Shown: positions 1 to 12,948, numbered from the stretch's first letter. The stretch is DNA of 64,000 bases from Antedon mediterranea (GCF_964355755.1 NC_092670.1:8856201-8920200); one strand, 5' to 3'. Notes: generated by a model not told the origin, from the letters alone. Translations and numbers: made by a program.

Positions 1-784
1 TTTAGTATATATATATTATTAAATATTATAATTAAAGAAATAATTATGAAAATCTGGCTTGTAGATTCCAAAATACAGTGATGTTTTTAGCCAAAAATGA
101 TGTAAACATGTTGCCCCTCATTCAGTCGGCAGTTGTTTGTATGAACTAGGCTAGGCCTAGGCCTACTCCATTTTTCGGTAAAATAATTACATAAAATCAC
201 GTTTTTTTAGTAAAATATTTTGTGTATTAACATTTTAAAATTCAATAAAATATGATATTAAAAGATTAGTAAATAAAAAACAATATGTATTTAACCTCAT
301 TCGAAAAAATATTAATACTCTATTAGTATTAATTAGTCCTGAGAGACAACGTGACTTTACGTGGTAGGCCTCCTACACGCGAGAAAAATTATGAGTGCAC
401 TGAATTCTTTCCTCGAAAGATTAAAAACAATTAAATTATTAAATATTAGTTATTACTACTTTCCTTTGCTTGCTGTGTTAATTGTAATAGGCCTATGTAA
501 TTATATATTATTTATTTTCATGACAAAATAAACCAAGACCATGAACTTGTACTCTAGGACAACATCCTAATCACTACGCGAAATGTCGTAAAAGACGCAT
601 GCACTGGGCGTTTCATAGAAATCACCGGCGGCTCAACTTGTCGGCGGCCCAACCGGTCATATCCCGGCTATACATACAGTATGATGAAAACTTTTATACA
701 TTCATTTTTTATTTATTCATCAAATTGATAATTGATTAGCAATATATGTAATGAGTTTATATATAATGGGGTTTTTTTTTGCAG

Positions 785-3700
785 ATAAATGCTGTGTTAC
801 AAAAATTAGATCAATTGCCCATTTCCATTGAAGTTTTACAGGTTTGTTTATTGCAATTTGTCATTAATATAGATTATAAATTTACACTGCAGTTGAACAG
901 ACCATTAAACTCCCCCCAAAACTCCTCCAATTGTCTTTCGATATATCTCCCTGATGGAGTATTTCGTGTCATCTCCTGCTCTTCTGCTAAAATGCAATTT
1001 CTCCCAATTTTTTGGAATAAAAAAATATCCTGATATTGTAAATGTATACAGAATTATAATCTTTAGGCTCTATAGAATAGAAAGTCCATGATGTTTAAAG
1101 ACCCCTTCCCTGCAATTTTGGACGTTTTTTGGAAAATAATACATATATATCACTTTAAAAACATTAAACCATGTCATTCCTTGTCTTAAATGTACGTTTT
1201 ATGGTAAATTATGATAAAAAGTGAGAAACAATGCACTACCTACTGTAAGTAGCTCGCGGCGATCGACCTCTCGTGGACGGTCTTAGGCCTAGCCTAGCTA
1301 GGCTTAGTTTTGTAGGCCTCTAGCTGGTAAACATCGGTAACGTACGAACATCGTACGCGAGCTATATACCTAGCCTGACGTTGTATAGTTGCTGCATTAA
1401 TTGTCTTTCTATTTTTGCCAGACTCCGTTGATACAAATTGGGGAAAACCCGGTATTTTCGCTGAAAAGTTAGGAGTCTTCCATTTGTTTTGGCCTCACGA
1501 TCGATCGAAAAGTGGGCGAATTACAGGTGAAAAACAAAAATATCAATCCGCGCGCAATGCATTTTGGGATTTATAGCGGGCCGCTATAATTATTAGAATC
1601 GACTTATTTTTCACATTTTTAACCGTTTAAAGACGAAAAAAGTTATCGCAATAGGACCATATAGTATTATTTTTACATTAAATATAGTTTTGTGATGTTA
1701 AATTAGATCTAAAAAACGTAGGGAATGGGGCTTTAATACATGATTTTTATTAGCTTTCTATGTGGTTTGGACATTCTTTCATAAAACCTCTCGATATTTC
1801 AAGTTTACAGGTCCGAATTTAACCTTCCGTAAGTGTACACCCACTGGGGCTGAAGTTTCATTTAGCAAAACACTACTTCACTGCATTGTTTTTATAATTT
1901 TAGGGAACTGGAATTGGAAAAGCAGTCAACACATACAGAAAGCATGAGGGCGGTGTATCAGAACACGCTAGGAGTCTTGTCAAGAAATGGAAAGCACTTG
2001 TTCAGGCTGCAATGGATGCTGAAGCAGAACAACAGACAAACCATGAAACAAAACTATCAACTGATGAAAAGAGGACACCTGTCAATAAGCCAGTCCAAGA
2101 TAAAAGTGAACAAAACAACAGCTGCAAAATAAAAAAGACTCATGATTCAGAACATTCTAAAAATCTGACTGATAAAAAACATGAATTAACAAATTCTAAA
2201 ACCAATTCAAAACCTGATCGAACTAAATCTTTACCCAAAGACTCTTCACATAAAGAAAAAGGAAAAACACTTAAATTGAAGTCCAAGTGTGGAAAAATTG
2301 TTCCCAAAAACAGCCAAAATGTTGATAATAAACTTGAAAATAAGAAAAAGAGTTCTTCATTGGTGGATTCACAAGCTAGATCGTCAAAAGGCTCTTTAGC
2401 AAATAAGGAATCATCTTCCAAAGTAACCAAAGATAAGACAAGGCAATCTAAAGTACCAACAGCTATGCAAGAAAGTGATGAAAGCACTGATAAAATAACT
2501 AAGAAAGTTAAATCTCCAGAAAAGAATGTTGGATTAGACTATCAAAATTCAGGGTTGTCTTTTGATGCTTGTTTGGCAGGACCTTCAACTGCAGACAAAT
2601 TATTAAAGAGCCCTGTTCGTCAAAATTTAAAAAGAAAACTTGAAGATCAAAGAAATGCAACAAATGTTAGTCAAAAAACCAATATCAATGAAAGAGAAAA
2701 TTCATTGAGGACAAAGAGTAATAATGTCAAAAAATTATCAAAGCTATCTATCCCATCTTCTAAGGACACTGATAATAACAAAGGTAAAATCAGTAACAAT
2801 GTAGAAAAGAAAGGTAAACAAAATATTGAACAGCAGGATAAAAATGAACGTACTGGAAGTCCTTCCCGCAAACCTGAAAGATCAAAAGAAAAGAGTAAAA
2901 ATGTAAATTCGTTGAAAAAGGAAGATATAAATATAGTTAAAAGCACAGTTACAGATCAGAAATCAAGTTCCGCAATAAAAAAAATAGATATAAAATCAGA
3001 GAAATTTATTGATGCAAAAATAAAAAATCTTGATGCTACCAAATGTTCTTCACCACAACAGAAAAGTAAAAAGACAACAATTGAGTCAAAGATAAAAGAT
3101 GACAAAAAATCGATGAAGAAAGTGGAAAAGCAACAAGCAGAGAAACCGAAAGAACAGAAGGATAAAGTAAATGAAGATAAGAAAAGGGTGTATTCTTCAG
3201 ATGAGGAAAGCCAGGAGGAAATAAGTTTTGAGAACACTGGTTTATCATTTGGAGATTGTTTATTCGGTGATTTGCCAACTCCTCCACCAAATAATTCGAA
3301 AGGAAAGCTTAAGAAAAAGAAAACTCAGTTGCCACAAGAGCAGAAGAAGAAAGCAGCCAAATTTAGTACTAAATCTGAAGGAAGAACAAAACAAAAACCA
3401 AAGGAAGAAGGTAAAGTTTCTTTAGCGTCATCCAGCAAGACATCCAAATCCAACGATGATAGTAATGATAAAAAACGAAAATCAGTGAGTACGCCCAAGG
3501 AAACTCCATCATCTAAAAAGGTAAGTGTGTTAAAGTCATTACAACTTGTTTCTATAAAAGAATTGAGTTATTAGTTAAATAATAGATATAAAGCTTGTGT
3601 CCTGAAGATTATGGGTTGAGAGTCAACTTTTTTTTAAACTTGTCTATGTTGATGTAAAGTTTGCGGTACATTAACGTATGTCTGTAGTTCTGAAGAACTG

Positions 3701-6700
3701 TTTATACCATTTTCTCATGCAAACTTTCAAACAATATAAAACTTTTTTCATATGTTATGAAGTAAAATGCTGTAGGAATTTATGATGCTTATTTTTTCTT
3801 TTGTTCTAATATCAGATAAAAAATACTTATGATTCTGGGATATTATTGCCTGAAATTAGCAATGACTATAAGCCACTTCCACGGATAGGTGATGACTCTT
3901 CGCCACGAAAGCGCTGGAATGCACAGTCTGCCATTGACAGTAGTCAAATACAGTTTAAAGGTACAAAGGAGTCCAGAACTAAGGTGTTCTCTGGCAAAGC
4001 AAGAGTTCATCTCACAGGTAAATATTAGGCTCTGTCTACGCTATCATATGACAAAAAGATGTGATGTACAGTACCCATATATGGACACGATGATATCATA
4101 TCAGTACCATAATTATTTAGGCATATCACTACCATATTTGGGCACATCACATTCTTATTGTCAAACTAGATGGATCTTGTACTTTAGCAGTTTTAAAATG
4201 TTGCTCTTTTAATATCTTGAAAAGGTTATTTTGTTCCAAGTCTGCTGATCTCTGCCAACACCTAGAGAGAGATTGTGAAATATCGCTTCTCATTTTATAA
4301 GGCTCAATTTTATAATGTTGTATAAAAAACTGCCTTAATTTTTGTAATATTCAGCTGTTCCGACATTGTTTGATGCGTGTATGCGGATTTTGTGTGACAA
4401 TATTGACTGTAAGTATATAATGTTTTAACCCAGATTAAAAAATTGAGAGTGACTGTTTCTTTAAAGACATTAACATTTATAAGTTGCAAACCTTGTGGCC
4501 ACTTGAATAGCCTGGTAAACCCTGTTTAACATGGTACAGAGGTGTTTTTTATAATACTTAGTATAAAAAAGTAATAATAATTAAGATTCAATTTACATCA
4601 ATTACTCATTATAATATTTCAAACTGACTTGTTTAGAGGTGTACAACTTTATCTTCTAGTACTTGAAGATGTTGGTGGTGTACCGTTTGATATATTAAAA
4701 CCTGTTATGGAACGTTGTACGTATCAGCAGCTGTACAGACTTGAGGAGTACAATCCGGTAAATTTATGCATTTAATTGATGTTTATTACGTATAAAGTTC
4801 TCTCATTTTATGAATATTGGAGGAACTCCATTCATAGTTTGTACAGAATTCATGACAGTTGTAATAGTCTAATAAAAATCATTGTACTTCCACAATCCAA
4901 CATCCATCAGCGTTGGTGCAAATTAATATTTTTTTCTTTTTTTTTTTGTATGTACTATCCAAAAAAAGGAATGAATGTATATTGCTTAAAAAAGTTTATT
5001 TATACTTTAAACTTACAACTAGATATAAGGTAGTAAATGTTTTTTCTTTGAAGCACTTTGTAGAGGATTCTGATTACTTGTGGCAAAAACATGTTGAAAA
5101 AGAATTCAAGTTTGCAAAACCATGTCTAGCGGAGACATGGAAAGAATGTTATTTGGTATGTATAATTCACACTAATACCATAATTAATATTTAATATGTT
5201 TAGAAAATTTTAAATTAAATTATGAAGTGGTAAACAGAGAAGCAGTACAGTAGATGACGAAAAGTTCAATAATTGTAACTAATAGAGTGCCTAGAACTAT
5301 TTACTGTATTTAAAGTAATGTCTTCTTAATACAGGGTTGCCGCCTGATGAAGAGTTGTACTGCAAAACCATCTTATTTCTACTCTTTTGTTTCTCAATAA
5401 AGTTTCTCTATTAATAAGTGTCTCCCTTAAAGGGAGGTGTCTCAAAGGAGGTGTTCTACAGTAATACATATTTATAAAATAAATCTTCATATTTTTCAGA
5501 GAAGCTTTGATGAAAGAGAGCAAAAATTCAAACTACTAACTGAAAATATAACAGCTTCATATGCAAAGAAAGACACAGGTCAGTATGCTATCAATCTGTT
5601 ATGGGTTTTTAACAATATTGATAGGAAATTTCTTTAACATGAATAGTGGCAACGTGTCAGGTGTTAAATGACATATATGGTAATGTCCCCAATTGGCAAT
5701 GTGTCAGGTGTTAAATGACATATATAGTAATGTGTCAGGTGTTAAATGACATATATGGTAATGTCTCAGTTGGTAAATGACATATTTATTTATTTGCTTT
5801 TTAATATGTTTTATAGGACGTAAGGTTATGTTAGCATATGTTGATCGTCCTGCTAAAGCGCCACGCAATGTACGACGGAAACAAGAACAACACGGCACAG
5901 CTGGTCCAGTAACTCAACAAGAAGCACCTCATAAGAGAAGTTCCTGGGTCGTTCCAAGAAATGAAGATACATCACCCAATAAACCAGTTAGAAGTAAGTA
6001 ATAGGACTTTCATTTCAAAACACATCATTTCTTATATACTATAAGGGCCTAGGATAAATATATGAGCATTTTATGGAGTTATTGGTTTATATACAGGGCA
6101 TTATTTAGATAACTTGATTTTTATAAATAGAACACTGTTAGGGACTACATACAATCATAAAAGTGCTTTTTCCAAAAGATATTGTTAAAGTCATGTATTG
6201 TCCCAATGTAGAGCAACTGAAAATAAAGCAGATTTGAATTAAACACTCATATAAATGCTGTCTATTTACCATGCAAATCCCATTTGTAAAAAACAGATCA
6301 GCGAAGGAAAAGAAAGCGTAAAAGATGTAGGAATCGAAACCGGAACAATCGACGTAAACGAAATAAGCTGGGGACGTATACACCTAGTCTTGGGTGGATG
6401 AAAAGACATGGCCTGTTTTGATTTGTAATGTAAATTGCATAGACAATATATCATACTGCTTGTGTATAACCCCACAACAAAACTTGCTTAATGTCATGTT
6501 CATGCCCCACCCCAAACATCAATTTTACGTTCAAATTTATTGGCTTATATCGGATTCAGTATAGTAATATAACCAATCATAAATTTGCTTGCCTGCTTAT
6601 ATTTACAAATGAATTATATTACAAAATATAAATATATAATTTTTATTTAGCATCAGCTATAGAACTCTTCTAACAGTTTTTTCTTATTTTCCTATTTTAT

Positions 6701-7342
6701 TTCAGTTCTGTAGTATGTAATTATTACATAATGTTACAAACAATGATAATGATATTTTAATTGTTTGCTTTTTTCTTGCATTGTATCATTACTAACTACC
6801 AGGATTTTTGCCAATTGCACTTTGAACTGTAATGAACATAACATTTTTTAACCATATTTAATGAGGGTGATCCATCCAGCTATTGCTGATCATTAGGGAC
6901 CCTCAGAGGTTCACAAGACAAACATATACACAAGATGCTCTACATAAACAAAGTCTTATTACAAGTCTTTGACAATAGTAAAATTCTGTAATACAGCATC
7001 TCATGTTTATCACATGGTGCCTGTATCGTGTAAGGTTAGGTGACAGAGGTTGGTTTATGATACAAAGAAACATTAATGTACGTGTCTCAAACTAATGGGG
7101 TTAAGTTTCTATCGTCTTGTGAAGTAAACTTTTTGTAGGGTGTAAAAATTCTGCAATTCAGATACTACAAGAACAATAGAGACCGACACATTGACTTAAC
7201 ACAAATACCTTGGTTGTTATTACATTTTAATACATCATTTGATATTATTCTCATGACATTTTATTCTTCCATAGCCACCAAGATTATAGCACCCATGATG
7301 CAGAAGACGTTACGATTCATTAAGAAACTACAGAAAAGATGA
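785..7342 (+). CDS. ELOA: Elongin A (transcription elongation factor B polypeptide 3), spliced, first exon(s) upstream of window
   Basis: In-frame GT-AG exons 785-841, 1904-3520, 3816-4017, 4355-4408, 4660-4757, 5054-5155, 5500-5578, 5817-5993, 7275-7342. TFIIS-N domain ([26 protein letters not shown]...KKWKALV), long K/S-rich linker, BC-box [45 protein letters not shown]-terminal [16 protein letters not shown] typical of Elongin A. Confidence 0.95.
1099..1732. mobile_element. Non-autonomous Kolobok-like DNA transposon in ELOA intron
   Basis: TTAA on both sides (1095-1098, 1733-1736), AG...CT termini, imperfect TIR AGACCCCTTCCCT / AGGGAATGGGGCT. Confidence 0.7.
4028..4172. mobile_element. 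PIF/Harbinger-type MITE family A, diverged copy
   Basis: GGCTCTGTCTAC start after TTA, internal TGGGCACATCAC, matches the ~160-bp family repeated through the window. Confidence 0.7.
5652..5783. repeat. Short intronic tandem repeat
   Basis: About three copies of TGTCAGGTGTTAAATGACATATATGGTAATGT. Confidence 0.8.
6297..6421 (+). CDS. Candidate alternative terminal exon of Elongin A encoding an Arg/Lys-rich tail
   Basis: CAG acceptor at 6294-6296; in the phase left by exon 5817-5993 it reads [41 protein letters not shown] with stop 6419-6421. Polypyrimidine tract is weak. Confidence 0.45.
7020..7191 (+). ncRNA. Candidate intronic H/ACA-like structured RNA
   Basis: Hairpin 7022-7064, ANANNA (AAAGAA) at 7064-7069, long interrupted hairpin 7105-7183, ACA at 7186-7188, ending ~85 nt before the 7274 acceptor. 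Confidence 0.3.
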
Positions 7343-8130
7343 TGCTTTCAACGCTGCGAAATCACAAGTTTTTAATAAGATCATTTCAAAATTATTCTAC
7401 AGAAGTTACTGCAGTAACTACAATTTCTTTACTGTACTAATGTATGATGTATTAACTGTATGTAAAATGCGGTTTAAAGATTAAACAGTGTACAGTTACA
7501 CAGTTACAGCAGTTGGTGCAGTAATTGCAGTAGAAAATTTTACAAAAGATTTATATGTGATGCTTGCTTACTGTAGTAAATTATCAAATAAGATGCAGTT
7601 TTCTATAGATACAGTATAATAAATAGAATTTTAACTTTCCCCAGAACCCCAGGTATAAATAATCACCTTAAAGGTGTTTTTTTTTTCTGCGTGCACCTAC
7701 AGTATAATATTTCTCGGACACCAGCAATAGTCACTACTTATATAGTTTAGATAAATATATATTTTTTGTTTACAATGTCAAAAATATTGAAAAAAAAGTA
7801 CTTTTTCTTATAATTATATGCTTGAAATTTAGAATTTTATTTACTATATATTATTATAGTAGATTCACTATAGAGAAAAACATTATTTATTGATTAATCA
7901 AATTATTAACTGTGCAATAGCATATGTCTTGCTTTAGAATTTATATCCGTTAAAATCAATAATGAATACCATGGGTTTAAAACCTCATTCCATTAAAATA
8001 ATAATTTTATCACATTTATATAGCAAAGTACCCTTTTCATGAGTAAAAGTATGTCCAAAGGCGCTTAAATATATACAGTAATAAATTGACATGGATATAC
8101 ATGAACTTCGACATGCTTCTTCCCTAATAC

Positions 8131-8277
8131 TTGGTTCCCACTAGGAAATGCGAGGACGTAAGCACAACGTGAGTGAGTTGACCAATTAAAAGCAGGTGTT
8201 CAGATAATCCATACTGTAGCTTGTGATTGGTCAAATGAATTATGTTGCGCTTTTGTTACGTCCTAGTAGGAACCAAT
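8131..8277. mobile_element. Small MITE
   Basis: TIR TTGGTTCCCACTAGGA / TCCTAGTAGGAACCAA with inner inverted TTGACCAAT / ATTGGTCAA; related remnant near 39780-39850. Confidence 0.6.
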
Positions 8278-8496
8278 TTTTTATATTCATGTCAGTGCAG
8301 CCAACTACAGTGCTCTCCCCTCTGTCCACTAGTGGCTGTGTGTACTTTGCACAAGTGCAAACAAGTATTTTGTGTACACTGTTTATATACAACCAGAACC
8401 ATGGAACTATTAATTCCATTCCACTGTTTACTACTCCAGCACTTACAAAATGGTATATTTTTGACTAACAGAAATTCACTGTACCACTGTACATAA

Positions 8497-8600
8497 GAGC
8501 CCTTTATTAAACTATCAAACTTGTTCGACAAAAAAGTGTGATGTGCATAAATATGGTAGTATTTTTTTGTCACATAAAGTTTGGTAGTGTAGACAGAGCT
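8497..8600. mobile_element. MITE family A, internally deleted copy
   Basis: ACTATCAAACT...GTGTAGACAGAGCT followed by TTA. Confidence 0.75.
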
Positions 8601-9081
8601 TTAGAATCATGATTTCACAATTTCAATTAGTCAAATTGTTGTTTAATTATAATTAATTAAATTTTTTCTGTTTTAAGAAATAATGCATTTTAATTAATGA
8701 AACAATTAACAGAAATTTCATGGGAATGAAATGAATGATTATTTTATATTATTGAATTAAAGGCAGCAACAAAACTGTTTACACGCAGCTACCTGTTTTG
8801 ACTTCAATGTAATATTTTGTTATTTTAAAAATCCTGGATTTTTCAGATTTGTATTTGTGTCACTGAAATATGAACACAAAGGCAATAATATATATAAAAA
8901 AGTTATTCTCAAATATAATAAAATAAAATAAATAATTTATATTATTCATTAAATAACACATAAAGTAAAAGTGTATTCTTGCCTATTGATTGGATGGTTG
9001 ATAACACATCGTGTTGTACAAGTAGAATTCCCACGCTAGTATCAATCTGAAGTGGTACAATCAAATAATTAAGTGCTGTTA

Positions 9082-9242
9082 ATCTCTGTCTACACTATCG
9101 AACTAGTTTGACCAAAAAAGTGTTAGATGTGCCCAAATATGGTAGTGATAATTCTTAAAATATGGTAGTGATATGCTTAAAATATGGTAGTGATATGACA
9201 TCATCATGTCCATATATGGGCACATCACATTTTTTTTTTTTT
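9082..9242. mobile_element. MITE family A, 3'-truncated copy
   Basis: CTCTGTCTACACTATCGAACTAGTTTGAC, three AAATATGGTAGTGATA units, TGGGCACATCAC. Confidence 0.8.
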
Positions 9243-10095
9243 GGACTTCTTTATTACACAGACATAATTATTCTGTTAATACTTCCATATTATTGTAACC
9301 TCCTAATATAAGTATAAGTAAGCAAGGCCTATATACACTATTTCTTTTCTTCAACGAATTAAAAACCATCCTCTATCATCTTGATTAGCTGCAGTGGAGT
9401 ACACAACACCAAACATTTAACAACTAACTAAACCAAAGATAGTTTGTTGTCGTCGTCTCGTCAAAGAATTGTATCAAAGAATATATATCACAAGAATGAG
9501 TAATCCGCGATTTTCCCTGTAACAGTAATATTGTCCATGTGGTAGGGCGCCGCCATAAGTGTGGATGTATCTGGGATGTATACAACTTTTTGTGACGGTT
9601 TCACTAATCAAAGGCTGGACCACCGGTAGTATTTTCATGATAAAAAATGTTATCAACTACATGCCAACATCATGTTAAATACTATTTGGATATTTAATTG
9701 TTCGCTTTATGCAATTTATTTAGTAAAAACTGCCGTATAAACAGTTTGCTTTATCAACCGGGCGCTACAATAGCGTGACCGGGCGTGTTGGTGTTTACGC
9801 GTTTTCACTAAGGATAGTTTAATAATATTCCTATATTTAACTTGTTTCTGGTAAAACAAATAAATGTTAATGACATTTAACATTTTTTCCTATTAATAAC
9901 ATGTATTTTATACTGATTTATATCATAAAAACAATACTTAATTTACCGGGCGTAGAGTAGTACACGGGCAATGGTAAAGAATAGGTCGTGCTGAGTAACG
10001 ATTCGTTGACTTTTGGTGTTGCTGTGTTAGGCCTTTTTTGTGAACTAACTTAGCATGTTAGTAAATAATTGTCTGTAAAAGTGAATGTACACTGA

Positions 10096-10920
10096 GGGCC
10101 TGTTTCTGCTGCAACTGCTCAAAATACGGTATAAAAATACGGTATAAAATACGGTATTTTTTATACCGTATTTTTTAGTACCCCGTTTCTGCTAACAATA
10201 CTTCTTGGGTGGTCGTGTTAAATTTCATCTTTTTTACCCAAATTGCCATTCATTTATTTGATCGATAATTAAAAGTCGCAATAAAGGAAGTTTTACGTCT
10301 CACTTTCAACAGCCTAGCCCTATTGATAGAGATGTTGTGAGAGCACAGAAAACATCGTAATGGGGACAATTAATTCGTTCCCTCCCCGAGTTATTGTATT
10401 TTGCAATGTTGTACTGCTTTCGCAGGCTCTTCAGCTTTGAGTTTACTTGCTTTGGAGACAAGTTTATTCCATACTCCTGCTTTATTTTTTTAGAAATGTG
10501 TTTATAAATGTGGTTGTCCCTTTTATTACCTTTTAGTTGGTCAGACATTTTAGCTTCCCCACACACATTTATTTAGTAAAACTGTAACGTATTCGCTCCA
10601 CATTTTCGCCGAATATATATATATACATGTGTGTAAAGCAGCTAACAGCGACAGAAAATAAAAACACGAATGGTGACCTTTTGTCATGTAAAAAAAAAAT
10701 ACGGTATTTTTTATTGGCAGCAGAAACGGGTACAAAAAATACGGTATAAATTTGTAAATACCGTATTTTATCCACAAATTTTGTGGAGAAAATACGGTAT
10801 ACAAAATACGGTATATTTTTTATGAGCGCAGTTTCTGCTGCCAAAAATATACCGTATATATACGGTATTCAAAAAATACCGTATAATATACGGTATTTAG
10901 TTGGCAGCAGAAACAGGGCC
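10096..10920 (-). mobile_element. Non-autonomous Harbinger-like element with Myb/SANT (trihelix) remnant
   Basis: TIR GGGCCTGTTTCTGCTG / CAGCAGAAACAGGGCC, many subterminal AATACGGTAT/ATACCGTATT repeats, frameshifted minus-strand ORF 10306-10600 WSE..T.LL...KRDNHIYKHIS...SPKQVNSKLKSLRKQY...SGRERINCPHYD. Confidence 0.75.
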
Positions 10921-11041
10921 TAGTTTGTTAATAAATATGTATTATAAAATAGTTTACAATTGCAAAACTATTATCATAATTCTATTTAATGTGACATGTA
11001 TAATTATCTATTAAATCAAGTCTTATGTAATATGTATACAT

Positions 11042-11295
11042 CCGCCCTTATGAGGGCGGGCATCACTCTCTGGAGCTCTCTGTTACAAATTTCTCATGCA
11101 AAAATCGCGGAATACTCATTCTTGTGATTATATTCTTTGATTGTATAGCGCGGCGCTCTTTGCTTGGTGTAGTAGGTTGACTAAACGCGCAGTTCTTCGC
11201 AAAAGAAAAGAAAAGCTTGAGTGGTAGAAAAACACCAAAACCCGGTTATTACTTTGAACTTAAAAATCGACCTTTATTTGCAACAAATTGTAAGT
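11042..11295 (+). promoter_or_regulatory. Candidate promoter and non-coding first exon of the 12949 ORF
   Basis: Inverted GC boxes CCGCCC/GGGCGG at 11042-11059, CpG-richer stretch to ~11200, strong donor GTAAGT at 11290, matching pyrimidine-rich acceptor at 12925. Confidence 0.35.
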
Positions 11296-11811
11296 ATTGG
11301 TTTATTTTATTTTTATTAAAAAGGTGATGCAAATAAAACTGTTAAAATAGTCTCAGTTAACAATTTCGGCGCTAGTTCCGTTTCGCACCTGTCATTTATT
11401 TCGACTCAAAATGTGTTAAGAAACTTTATCGTGAGTACCACAACTTAGAATTAGGCCTCAAAAATACTTTTACGAAGGAGATCACACAAAAAGTGACAAA
11501 TAAATGCTTTAAATTGAGGAATTTACAGACGTGTTTCTCGCACATCGGTTCGTCAATTTCGCATACGCCATGTTCAATGTTGTTGTTTCTATGGAGCGCC
11601 AAAAGAGCAATTATAATAAGAGGGCTAAAAACTCAATATAATGCGTATATTTAATGCATTTATTGGTGAAAATTACGTTCAATTTTAATATATTTTGCCA
11701 ATGTCAATGCAACAAAAATGTTACTGTTGATACCCTACATGGTTTTATTCGCAGTTTTCGTTAACTTTTAAGAATGAAAATCGACAAATTCATCATCCAT
11801 ATACATGCATG

Positions 11812-12583
11812 TGTTATGCGCGATTTGAACGATTTGCGCAATTTGAAATTGCGCAAAAAAAATCCTTGCGCAATTTGAATTGAAATATGTGTTTCAAATT
11901 GCGCAAGCAACGTATTAAATTGCGCAAGTAATCTGCAAATTGCGCAAGGTTTTTCGACAGATTGTGAAATCATGCACACCCATATTTTTATAGTAATTTC
12001 TAAGAATGATTCAAAATTAAAGATAAATATCGCATTTCCTTATTTTAGTAGTGCAAATATTGTTATAAGTTAGCATACCGTCGAAGAACCGACGAAGGAA
12101 AACGAAGCGGTGGTGTTCCACCAGGCGGGCGCGGCGCGGGCGGCCGGCTATACTACTCTAGCCTAGCTAGGGTCTGGACTACTGATACTGACTAGGTTAC
12201 ATGGCCTAGCTTAAACTAATATTAAAAACTTAAAAAGTGAGTATTAAACATTATCTTCATTGAAATGGTCTTATTTATATAATAATAAAATACTAAATTT
12301 TAAACTCCTCTGCCTAGGCCTAGCCTAGCCATGTATGGGAAAATTTACAGTTCGTTTTCAAATTGCGCAAAGGTGTCATATTGCGCAAGAACTATCTTGC
12401 GCAATTTACAAATTGTGCAGCGCAATTTAAAATTGCGCAAAGATTTTCTTGCGCAATTTGAAATTGCGCAAGTTGATTGCGCAATTTGAAATTGCGCAAA
12501 AAAATCCTTGCGCAATTTAAAATTGCGCAAGGATTTTTTTGCGCAATTTCAAATTGCGCAAATCGTTCAAATCGCGCATAACA
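11812..12583. mobile_element. MITE with long modular TIRs (Ginger-like termini)
   Basis: TGTTATGCGCGATTTGAACGATTTGCGCAATTT... is the near-exact reverse complement of the right end; flanked by CATG both sides; arms built from TTGCGCAA palindromes. Confidence 0.8.
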
Positions 12584-12948
12584 CATGTACTGTAGTTTTT
12601 ATACCTCAAATGATCTAAATAATATTCCTCTTAGTCTTAGGCCTAGGCTAGGTAGTGATGCTGATTTAGGCCTAGGGTTTTGTTGGCATGTTAAGTTATA
12701 TCGGTCGCGTGGCATTTGAAATCAATCGGGTTTTATTGCGTCACGCATTTGTCTAATAAACTAAACTAAGTAATAGTAATACATTTTCATCGTTTATACA
12801 ATTAGGTACTAGATTATTTATAATAGTCTATATAGTACAGTAGTAGTAGGCCTGCTGTACCTATATTTTGTTGGTTGAGAATTTTGAGATAATAATCATT
12901 ATTGATTTACTTTTTTTACCTCTAGGAGGGGCTTGGTTGGGCTATATC

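Noticed and set aside
2140-3425. Antisense and alternate-frame ORFs over the big ELOA exon
   Set aside because: Shadows of a lysine/serine-rich coding strand.
11042-11075. GC hairpin as a Helitron 3' end
   Set aside because: No CTRR|T terminus at the expected distance and no matching 5' TC end identified; kept only as possible GC boxes.
12868-12948. Hydrophobic N-terminal extension of the 361-aa ORF call
   Set aside because: Non-ATG start; it translates a polypyrimidine tract and acceptor. ATG 12949 is preferred.
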